A stretch of DNA of 58,990 nucleotides, the filler included, from Sphacelaria rigidula (lineage: Eukaryota), in NCBI GenBank assembly GCA_964200075.2. It is 8 parts of 8 records of this genome, joined end to end, with 100 filler letters (N's around TTAATTAATTAA, not from the genome) between each part and the next. Parts side by side here need not be neighbours in the genome. Positions count along the whole stretch, not along the records: positions 1 to 7,287 come from CAXNAA020015623.1; positions 7,388 to 14,674 come from CAXNAA020015624.1; 6 more parts are not named here. One strand, 5' to 3'. A model generated the notes under the pieces. That model was given only the letters and a program-made list of their open reading frames with translations. It searched no databases and had not been told where the DNA came from. The position numbers were made by a program, and so were the translations under genes. Positions 1 to 10,473 of this stretch are shown here, one piece after another; position 1 is the first letter of the stretch; each line of letters starts with the position of its first letter.

Positions 1-171
1 GTGTGTTGGCGGTTTTCCCTGTTTGGGGGTCAAATGGTGAGTCAAACGTCCCATAAGTGAACAATCCGTGGGCCAAAAATCTGTTTGCCATAACATCCGG
101 CCTAAGACTCTGAAAATTCGCACACACATACTCTGCAGCATGACGAAAATTTTAATGGATGTGCCTTTTAA

Positions 172-1233
172 CCCTTCAGGGACTGATCTTCAGTAACAAG
201 GGGTTCACCATGTATTAGTAAAACAAAATAAACAAGTCTGGGAGCGATCTGCCCAATCACGGCGAGGCGGAATTTATCGACCAGTTCCGAACGACCAGTG
301 GAGGGGGCTGTCGCCGGGAGTGATGTCACTGCAAAGTTGGTGTGTGTACCCTGTCCCTGGCCCACAAAAAAGCCTTCGAAGCAAATAAAGTCGCGGTGGT
401 TGAGGCTTGGTTTCCCGATTTTTTTTCATAATTTACTTGCAATTAATATAGGTTCGACCTCAACTCCCCCGATTTTTTCTTGAGTCATCATCCTATAGTA
501 AAAGCTAGTTGATTACACTAACACAGGGTGCTCAGGGGAAATTCGGGAATAAGTGTACCCCACTATATATGTGGTCATGTTCACAAAGCGACTGAGTGTA
601 GCAACGCTGTTGGACGAGAGATAGAGCTAGAGGCATTGGTTCTGCGTATTCCTCTGTCGAGGCAGTACAAGCGGCGGTGAGGTCGTATGTAATCAACGGG
701 GACGAACAAGCTGTGTATAGGCAGCTGACCGCCGTCGCGGAGAACTGCCCAGAACATGTGAGGGAGTATGCAGCGGAAGCTGCTGCTGCATTCAAAGAGG
801 CGTACTGTGCTGTATGTGCGGCGCAACGCCCATGCCGTTCGAAGAGAATTTACCGCTTGCAACAAAGAGGGAAATGGCGGCCCACCCCGACCACAAACGT
901 TTTGTGAAGGACTGTGTGACAAGGTGATGGGGACAATATCCAAGGCCACAAGTGGCGCGCGCCGGTCGCCACATCCTGTTGAAAGCTCTCCACGGCGACT
1001 CATACTGCTTGATACATCTGCACATTACCTGATGTGCACAACACCCGAATTACAGTACAGTTTGTACTTGCACCCGCAAATAGATTGGATGGAACTTTCG
1101 GTCTTCCTCTAACCCTGCGGTTACATACACACGTGGATATTGAGCAACATGAAGCCCCTGTTTCATGCATATGCAGGACACGTCATTGCTGACCAGCCTC
1201 ATTGGTCGTTCTGGAGGCCCAGTCCCAAAAGGG
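172..1233. mobile_element. Non-autonomous piggyBac-like element (about 1.06 kb) with TTAA target duplication
   Basis: TTAA (168-171) CCCTTCAGGGACTG ... CAGTCCCAAAAGGG TTAA (1234-1237): imperfect terminal inverted repeats with CCC/GGG ends. A homologous inverted copy lies at 29548-30433. Confidence 0.7.
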
Positions 1234-1459
1234 TTAATCTTTTTTCTCGCCAGTTTCGGGGGTCCCAGGGTCCTGAGGGATAACATGCCCTTGTGGGACC
1301 CCCTGTAACCGTGGGGTTGTACTCATGATCTTGCGTGTCATAGTCATGAGACCATTGACCTCGCACCCCTACAAAGACGGAGCATATCGGGTTTTCGCCG
1401 GACCAGGCTCGGGGGCGGGGGGAGTATCAAAATACCTCATTCGTTAAAATTCTCGTCAT

Positions 1460-1870
1460 GACATATGCAAAATTCCGGAGTCTGACCACAAAAATCGGCG
1501 TGAACATTCGTGCCTTTGTGCGATGAAGTGAGCTCGAAAGGTGCAAAATCCCAACTACTTCATTTAATAATCGAAACCACTTTCTCTGCTACGGTTAACT
1601 TCGAAGCGAGGGAAAATACATCACGTTTTCGATTTATGCAACGAAACCGTGGTAGAATGTTCTTTGGACTACCCGGGACGCGTGCTTTAATGATTATTTT
1701 CGAGGCATTCTTTATCGGCTTCCGGGGGTCTTCGCGCCGGGACCCCCCGGAATCCGGTAGAGAACGGAGAACCTTTGGAGTATTTCAAAACACATTTTCC
1801 CTGTATGGAGCACCAATGCCTACCGAAGTGTTAAGTTTGAGAGCGGTCGGATTTTTCTACGAAATATATA
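1460..1870 (+). repeat. Dispersed AT-rich repeat, homologous to about 36420-36833
   Basis: Shared blocks such as CTTCCGGGGGTCTTC..GGGACCCC.GGAA.CCGGTA.AGAACGGAGAA and AACTACTT.ATTT. Related GCAAAATTTCAGGGTCTAACTC-type motifs also occur near 30450-30680, 35820 and 36040. Confidence 0.7.
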
Positions 1871-3327
1871 AGGGTAACCATCATGAGGCTTTCTGGGTCT
1901 TCGGTGCCCATAGTCACTCGTAACCCGACGACGCGAAAAACCCCACGCCACTGAAACACCACCGTTTGAGTATGATTCGATTTCATAGCGACCCTTTTCA
2001 TTTATTTTTTCCTGAAGATTATCCAGTTGATCACGGTGACTACGATTCGGAATATGTGGAAATTGAGTGGAAATTGGGTCGAGAACTCGTACTTTTAATT
2101 TCAGAATAGTTTGAAGGCCGCCGATTGGTCGAGGTACTTTCTCACCCTTAGCGCCACCGCTATGGCCTGGAACATGAGTCCCACTTTGCCACTCTCTTCA
2201 CTCGTCCATAGCGGTCTCTATAATACTATTACCATGTATACAACTATTTGGTTGGTAGTGCGGAAGGCACTTGCTGATCAGCGAATCTTGGATCAAACCC
2301 GTGAACCGGCCTGTATCACTCAAAGTAGTACAACAGTACAGTATTTGCACATCCGTTCACATATTCTCTCTGTACTACGGTACTCGTATTGGTGTTATCT
2401 ATGCTGTATTTTGCTTACCGGCGGTGCTTGAAGTCTTCTCGCAGGACAGGAAGGGACCCCCTCGGTGTCTGTATCAGAGGAGGACGACACGTCCCATATG
2501 CAGAACCCAGTCATCATCACTGGGGCAGAAACAGTACGGTAAGTTGTACGATACGGAACGGCACAGTCCGGTCCCGGCTCTGTGGGACGTAAAATGCAAA
2601 TCCGCGAAAAATTGAATTTTTGTCAAGAAAGGAGAAGCTTCAGTTGCGAATCCACCCTAACGAAGTGCTCAATCACTCCCAACTATGGGCTTGGACAGAG
2701 AGTCTTGAAGCATTAAAGAGTAAGGCCAACCGGCTATGTCTGAGAGTCACCCACGACCCCCCTCCACATCTGCTTACACCCCGAGATAATCGTCGCTGCG
2801 CCGTCCCGAACGGTTTACATGCCACCAGGTTCTCTGTGAGAACCTGGTTGTGAACCAGAAACCGCCGCAAGCGATGATTTGTCGAGTCGCGGTGTCACAT
2901 GACTGCACATGATCAACCACTTGACAGTAAATCGTCTTGCGGTCGTGGATGCGTACTCGATGGACGAAGCTCAAGCGCTTCATCGTTTTTCCCAACCAAA
3001 GGCCGGCATGCAGCAGGGGAAAGCGGTTCAAGCGCCACCGCAGGTGAACCACGTCTAAGATCGTATCTTTCACTTCGAGAAGTATCTGTGTCGTGAACCT
3101 GCACCCGTTAATTTTTCCAGTACCGGCGCACCCTTTATACCGCACGTAATGTGAGGCAGCGATGGCAACACGTACAGCAAAAACATTAACCTCGAAGTAT
3201 ACTTTCGCGTACGAATTTATATTTCCCCTTCAAAAGCAAGGTAGTAACTCGCGTTCCTGCTCGCGGCTGCCGTTCATGTTCGTTAACCGACGATGGCGAG
3301 GCACAGCAATAGTAGGTAGACAACAGC

Positions 3328-6087
3328 ATGCAGCAAATCGCATCGCGATCGTCCTTGGTGGGCAATCGCCGCGGTTCAACGGCCGCCGCCGCCGACTCAT
3401 CCGATGTACGAGGTGGCGGAAGCGGCGGTGGTGGCGCAAGGGATGCCGTCCCGCTGTTCCGAAGAGGCGTTCAAATTAACAACAGCATACACATGAACCA
3501 TAGCCATCCAGCGGTAGGAGTGCTAGGCAATCGTGCTCTAGAAGCGATGCGCCAGTTCGCGGCTGAAGCATCGGCAATACCATTGTCAGGGGTGCCTGCC
3601 GAGGCAACACCAAGGCCGAGAACGACGGGATCGGTACATCACCATGCCATCGGTGGCGGTGGTGGCCGGCGGCAATCTACTGGATCATTGCGGGGATCGG
3701 CAACCGCCACGGCGCAGCAACATTATCAACAACAACGGCAGAGTGGAACTGGGGGTCATCTGTGGCTGTCTCCAGCCAGCAGTAGAAGTAACGCCCTGTC
3801 TGTTAGTGCACGGCCAACAAGCCAACAGCAGCAACATATACAACAACAGCAGCAGCATATACAACAACAGCAGCAAACGCAGCAAACGCGACAGCAGCAG
3901 CAACAGCATCGCCCGCGTCTCTCAAGAAATCTTACCCTGAGCGACCTCAACGAGGATACACCTCCCGGGGGGGACATGGGAAGAGTAATCGAGAACGACG
4001 ATGGATCGGCAACCGGCGAAGGTAATGGCGCAGGGTTGATGGTTCGGCGGGAATGGCATGCGGGTACTGGGGCCGGGAGTTATGTCGCATCCGAGGCGGG
4101 TGGAGCGACACTGGCCGCCCCTCGTGGTCTGAGCAACGCAGATGGCCGACCTAGCATTGTGGGCGATGGGGGATATTCAGGAGGGATGCTGTCGAGATTG
4201 CCGATGTTGGAGTCTCTCGGTGGTGGACATCAGAGTCAGCACCAGCAGCGGCATTACTCCGGACGCAATACACCGAGCTCGGCGCAGAACGCCGAGCTTT
4301 ACGAGCACGGAATGTCGTTCGGGGTGTCTGCGGTAAAGGGGCGCCGACCGTACATGGAGGATGAATTTAAGGTACAGAAGCACCCATTATACCAGGTCCT
4401 GCATATTGTGCAGGGCGCAAGAAGCACAGCACATACAACATTACAATATAATGAGCGTCTGTTGTACTTCTCTTCAGGGTTTTTTTGAGGCCTCAGCTCT
4501 TATTGGCATCGCTTCGACAGGAGTACCCCAAACGTTCCCATTGTATAGGGGTATTGCAAAGCGTTCCATTCATTCTGCAGGAGTCTTGGCCTTTTTTCTA
4601 GGATACGCAAATCGTGTGTTTTTGCGTAGGGAAAACCGTGAGAAAATATAGGAAACAATGGACTGTGAGCACCAGGGATGCAGATATCACGTACTGGTAT
4701 GCTTCGATATTTGATTGATACATGAACAAAAAATATCCAAGTACCGCCTCAGACTACCAATATAGAACATCCAGGTAACCTTGAAAGCCTGTTCTATTTG
4801 ATATTAGAAACACTTTGACTCACGTGAGATAATTCCTGATTATTTACTCTTATCTTCACCCCCAAGTTTTCGTCTTCTCCGATTTCAAGGACATTACAAA
4901 GGTGTTTTCTAGTATCGTGCACCATCAACCAACTGTCACTAGCATCTCCAGCACCCCATCACGGAGCAAGACTGTTTTATGACCATGTTTTGCTATTGGA
5001 AGCTTTTCGAAATCCATGCTCCAATACTCACGCGGAAGGTTATCCCCAGTTTGGAACTGACGGAAGGGCGCGGCGACGCTGTTGGAGAGGGGCAAAACCA
5101 AGCCGAGCCAACACACTTCTTTGGCGTATTTGACGGGTACGTAGTCGATTGTTTCTCGTCGTTGTATTCGTGGAGCGCCACAGGCGACATTGTTCACACG
5201 TGTTTGTCGACCCACCGGTTTCGATGCCGGAATGTTATTTTGGTTCATTCCGAAGTAGTCGCGCCCAGCGCGCACCGTGAGGGTGCGTCGGGAGATGTGT
5301 GTGAGAACGTGTAACAAAAACACTTCCATCAACATCGTGCCAAATTATGAGACACACTTTGCCAAGCGAGCTAGAAGTATCACAAGCAAACTGTGGAACA
5401 GAAAATAGTACCGATTATCTTGTTGTCTATCTTTTGACGTCTTTTTTTGGTTTCACCCGGCTTGTATCTCGTCACTATCGAAGACACGCCGGAGGACGTT
5501 GCAGCAAAGCGTTGACCCAGATTCTGGCGCAGACGGTATCTCGCGAGCCCGACTTCAGTTTGGAGCTGAAGTCGGCGGTGCACAAGGGATTCCTAAGGGC
5601 GAACGCGGAGTTTCTTCGGAAGGCAGAGAGATTCTCCGCTAACGACGGTACGACCGAGGAATTTCGAATATTGCGCTCTCGACCATATAACGCAGTGGGA
5701 ACGAAGTCCTCAGTTAGGAATTCGTATCACTTCGACTACCTTACCTTGCACCTGGCAGGCCGGCATCATGTTTGACGCAACTATTGATGGGGCGATGACT
5801 TCGTATGAGGCTCCAACAAAACCGTGAGGGTATCCTTTTTCTTTGCTGCTCCCGTGCTTTTCTCTAATAGGAAATACAGCTGTCCTTTTCTGTTTCGCTT
5901 CTGATATCCTGTTTTTCTCCCCGGCTCTTCCCCCCCTTCTCTCTTTCGCTCTTGTCTTCGCCCCCGTTCTCGTCTCCCCTTCCCCTCCCTACATGTGCAT
6001 GTACCTCGCTACACCAAACGGCTCCCGCCGTCCTGTCTTCGTCTACTGTGCGCAAATTCATGTGTAACGACGACGACGACGACGACG

Positions 6088-6133
<46 letters not shown>

Positions 6134-6339
6134 CTCAAAATAAGGGTCGACGGCTATCACAGCCTTCGTTCGCGGCCGGCGCGTTGTGGTGGGGAACGTG
6201 GGGGACTCGCGTGCTGTTCTTTGTTCCGACGGCCGGGCGGCGCCGTTGTCGACCGATCACAAGCCCAACAAGCCCGAGGAGCGACGAAGGATACAGGCCT
6301 TGGGCGGGCGGGTGGTGTATAGCTTCGGGATCCCTCGTG
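3328..6339 (+). CDS. Protein phosphatase 2C (PPM family), 3'-partial; exons 3328-4371, 5039-5136, 5484-5647, 6145-6339
   Basis: Spliced in frame over GT-AG introns: [56 protein letters not shown]. These are the canonical PP2C motifs. The remaining exons (LAVSRAFGD, DG.WD) were not found before the contig end. Confidence 0.93.
6067..6134 (+). repeat. Compound microsatellite (ACG)n(AAC)n just upstream of the PP2C exon 4 acceptor
   Basis: Read directly; ends about 10 nt before the AG at 6143-6144. Confidence 0.95.
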
Positions 6340-7287
6340 GTGAGATGACGAACACTTTCAGGAGAGCAAGCACATCGTCCTAGAGCTGCCGAAGCAACCA
6401 AACGTCGTGCATATGTGTAAGTTATCACATTTGACCGACTGAAAACGTGAAGGACTCTTGTGCTCGGTCGCATGGTTAAGGGGAAGCAGCTTTACGTTTT
6501 CGTTTTCAGACGGTGCTGTGGTTGATATGCCATGGCAGATGATGCGTGGAGATGGATATTCCGAGACAAAACATATATCGTGGTGAAGCTTTTGATTGGA
6601 GCAACGACATGAAGAGCACCAAATCCGGTATTCAAAAGGTTATGACTTTCTAAAACCGACGCCGTTCGAAACAAAACTAGCTTATAGGAAATATTGCAAC
6701 CTGTACTCGGTGGCATGTTCGCAAGGATAGAATCTCACCGCGCCTTCAAACTATCAACACGAACTGTGAAGGTATCGACACGTGGAGACACTGCTGCCAC
6801 AAGATACGACACGATACGGTATCAGTGCAAACCTTCCTCGACCACTGTGGGGGTATTTGGGGAACATCGCTCGGAATGGAACATGTAGAAAAGTATATAG
6901 GGGTACTATTCGTACATCTTCCCCAGTTTAAAATCGAAATTTCCTTTCTTGAACGCCTTATATTCGTTATAATCAACGACTGCTTTCCAAGAAAACCGTC
7001 CGTAATTTCAGGACTCCCCCTGGAGTCCAATTATAACGCTGAGGTGGTCACAAATCCTATCTGAGGGGGTGGGCGCCATCGCTTTCCGCCCCTGGATCAG
7101 ACCCCGGTTGGGACCGTCAGGAGGGATATCCAAACCACAGCTAATGCGGGTTCTAAATTCAAAGAAACGGCTTGGATGTCGCAAGCGCGTTGCACTACAG
7201 AAGTAGCGTTCGACAGCCTCACCGCGAAACCCGTTCTCAATACAGCCACGGCGGAGGTGGTCATACAAGGCGTGGTAGCTGGTTCAG

Positions 7288-7387
7288 NNNNNNNNNNNNN
7301 NNNNNNNNNNNNNNNNNNNNNNNNNNNNNNNTTAATTAATTAANNNNNNNNNNNNNNNNNNNNNNNNNNNNNNNNNNNNNNNNNNNN
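7288..7387. other. Artificial contig spacer (44 N + TTAATTAATTAA + 44 N); identical spacers at 14675-14774, 22062-22161, 29448-29547, 36834-36933, 44220-44319 and 51606-51705
   Basis: Identical 100-nt spacer about every 7386 bp with an all-frame stop linker. Contig lengths fall 7287, 7287, 7287, 7286, 7286, 7286, 7286, 7285. Confidence 0.98.
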
Positions 7388-7431
7388 GATCTCGCTGGTG
7401 CGTTGTGTGGGTGGGGGGGGGCGCGGGCTGG

Positions 7432-7477
<46 letters not shown>

Positions 7478-8589
7478 CTGGGCGCCGGGCGGCAGGCCTA
7501 TCTATGCTACTTACTCGAATTTGGTGTAGTAGTAGACTACTACTTGGTTTTAGTGAACTTTTAAACTACTTGAATTTAGTGCTGTACAACAGTAGAATAC
7601 TTGATTTTTGTTCAAAGTTTGATTCACATTTGACGATGATATGGACACTGGAGCAAGGTCAGACAACAACAGTCTAGCTTATTTAGGAATGGACATGGTG
7701 TAAAACAGAGTCTAGGTATTGCTCGCGAAGTAGTCTTGCCGCTTGCCAATGAGCGTCTCCCTACGGCTAACACAATTATGCAGCAGTTTACAGCAAGGCT
7801 CGCAAGCTCCATACCATTGCCGACTGCGATTACTATATTTGAAAAGTGATCGCGGGTCAGACGAGTTTCCGCCCGGTTGTAGCAACAGCAACCTTCATGC
7901 CCGTCAGCAAAGGGTATGACATATCTACCATAGGGTGTGCACTTGTGTCGTTTTCCGTCATCATCCATCACATAGTGATGGAGCGTTTTCGTAGTTAGAA
8001 CATGACAATGTAGACGGGGCATGGACAACAGTTTGGCCGATGGGTGCGACCAACTACAGCTGCCAGCGCTGTAGTTGCAGCCAACGAGGGACCGCAAGAA
8101 GTGACGAGGAGCAACTGCGCTACGCTTGCAAGCATTTGAGCAAGTGGAATCTCCTCGTTTCATCCGGTGAGTGGCAAGATCGGTGCCCCCAGCGGCAGGA
8201 GTACACTCTACAGACAGCAGTCGGCACCCGTATGTCTCCTCCGAGATGCGAGTGCATCCGAGTCCCTTTGATCAAACGTCTACAACGCCTGCGCCATCTC
8301 ATTCTTAATATAGTTGATCGATGCTGTGCAAAAAATGGGGTCAATCGACCCGTGCAGTGTGGAGAACGGCGTGTAATCTTGAAATTAACCCGTGCAGGAT
8401 CTTGCGGCATCATCCACGACCCTGCCAAACGGTGAAACGAGACCTCATTTTCGCTTGTTTGCAGGCATCAAAACTGAGCCCAATCGTACCGCACTTTTGT
8501 ACTATCATTCTGCACACTTCATGCCCTTGTAGACTTCGTGTCGTGTATCGTGTATGTGTGTTGTATCGCATACGATGTATTCTTGTATT

Positions 8590-8977
8590 GATGTAGTGTA
8601 TTGTACTGCACTGTGTTCTGTGTGTGTTGCCGTCCCATTTCTTCTGGGCCCCAGTCTACCCCATTCGGGGTATGTGGGCGCAGCAGCCGGGGATCACACA
8701 GGAGGACGGTCAACACAGAAGCTTTTTCTTTTTCATTTGTTTTTGGTACTCCACCTGCCTTCTGCGGTGCTTGCCTTTTGTTTTTTATCGGGAGAGGGGT
8801 TCAGCAGCCCCTTTCCCTCGTCGACCGTGAGGTCGATTTTCGTGTATCCACGACATAGTCGCTCTCCACTGTTGGGCATGGTTTAATAAAAAATCCCAGA
8901 TCGCTCCGGGAATCAAACCCCACAACTCAACCATCAGAAGGTTGCGAGGTAGCCAACTGAGCCACCGCGCGACCGGC
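8590..8977 (-). mobile_element. tRNA-derived SINE (family A)
   Basis: Minus-strand head GCCGGTCGCGCGGTGGCTCAGTTGG (A box) ... GGTTTGATTCC (B box), then about 300 bp of body and a degenerate TACAC/TACAG-like tail. A second, head-only copy is at 55133-55185 (+). Confidence 0.75.
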
Positions 8978-8988
8978 CTGTAACTGCA

Positions 8989-9406
8989 ACAGACAAATCT
9001 AAAAAATGAGGTTGTATACTAAAATTAGGTTCGAGCCCAAAACAGTGCTGTCTTCACACCTTCAGCGATGGTGCCCGATGACGTTTTTGTCGGCCTGATA
9101 CCCCTCGATCGCGTCGATGATTTTTCAGCGTATCTTACCAACGCTGTGGGCTTACCGGGCTGAGCGAAGCCCTCATTCTCCCCCATATCACCCCCCCCCC
9201 CCTCAAAAAGCAGGGAAAATGACGGTTTCGGTCAGCGCTGTAAGCTCACAGAGTAAGTAAAATGCGCTGAATAATTATCTACGCGATCGAGGGGCATCAG
9301 GTCGACAAAATAGTAATCGGGCACCATCACCGAAAGTGCGAAGACAGCACTGTTTTGGGCTTGAACCTCCTTTTAGTGTGCAACCTTGTTTTTTAGAATG
9401 GTCTGT
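8989..9406. mobile_element. Palindromic (foldback) MITE of about 415 bp, termini ACAGAC...GTCTGT
   Basis: Two roughly 195-bp inverted arms around a short C-rich loop. Second full copy at 27277-27690; degenerate end fragment at about 14776-14846. Confidence 0.85.
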
Positions 9407-9848
9407 CCTGTCCTCTGGTACACCCGGTACCGCACGAATTAGGGATCATGGCCTCGAAGACTCCGCGCGATAGCATCTGTACTGCCCAACGGCTGCAGCA
9501 ACTCCTCCGCAGGGATGACAATAACACACAACGGTACACCGCTCACTTTACCCTTTGTATCCACCTGTACTGCATCCCCCAACTCGGACCGTTGACGCAG
9601 GGAGCAGTCTACACTCCGATGGACACCGCCAATGGATACGGAAGGTATGCATGCGGCCAACACCGCTGGTGTGGGCCCCGTTTGTTTGGAGGTGAGGTAG
9701 TGAAACTCGAAATCGAGCGCGTCGACCGTGCAACCGATCATCAGAGGTGATTGCGTCGTTATATTCACATCGATAACGCTGCGAGAATAATGACTCGTGT
9801 CGCCGCAGATGAACGACGTCATGACGTCCGTCAATCCTCCTGCCGCTA

Positions 9849-10473
9849 CGAGCTGGGCCAGCTTGAAAGTGGCTAAAAGTTGCTCACACCACAGCTTTTG
9901 CAGTTTCCCGCGAATGAACCCGATGCAAGCATATCACTGTGAACTGCAGACCCACCTAATGACAAAGGACTGCATCGCTGTTCGATTGGCGTCGTATTGC
10001 CGATGACGTTATTGTACTGCGAAGAGTACGGGGTGCGTATCATATCGTTGAGCGATAGCGTGTCGGAGTGTGTGTGTGTATTTTTTTTTATGCGGCGAGT
10101 TTGCGTCAATAATCACCCCGCACTGGGTATTAGCGGGTTGCAGTAGCGTCACGGAAAATGTTGCACGCACGGCCCAATTCGACGACTTTTGAGCTGAAAT
10201 TTCAGGAAGACCTTCTGCACCCAAGGGAATGATACTTCACGTGAGCAGCTGCAGATTTTCATTTATTTGCTGGACTTATGACATTATCTTGTTTTTTTTC
10301 TGAAATTTCAAATGCCCATAATTTTTTTTCTTCCCTTATTTTTTTGCTGCTGACGTGATCTTCTGAATTTTGATCATTAAAAGCTGCTGTCAAAATTTCA
10401 GTGTCCAACTCCTAATATCGCGCCGTGCGTCGCCTGAGTGAGAAAACCACCCATTGTTGGCTGGCCCAGCTCG
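9849..10473. mobile_element. Tc1/mariner-like MITE with TA duplication
   Basis: TA CGAGCTGGGCCAGC ... GCTGGCCCAGCTCG TA, a perfect 14-bp TIR. Homologous copy at 50055-50643. Confidence 0.8.

Noticed and set aside
677-907. Small conserved host gene (homologous ORF at 29675-29953)
   Set aside because: The similarity lies within a TIR-bounded repeat, and the ORF starts, ends and indels differ between copies. It is treated as part of the element.
3685-3977. Poly-Leu and poly-Cys ORFs on the minus strand (also 5864-6160 and 5952-6143)
   Set aside because: They are alternate-frame or antisense readings of CAG/CAA and AAC repeats.
7433-7477. Long G run as a G-quadruplex element (also 51765-51791)
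   Set aside because: Homopolymers near contig ends are unreliable in length and may be sequencing artefacts.
8900-8977. Functional tRNA genes here, at 42840-42917 and at 55133-55185
   Set aside because: A and B boxes are present, but I could not build a cloverleaf with an acceptor stem. Two of them run into repeat bodies and one is truncated, as expected for SINE heads.
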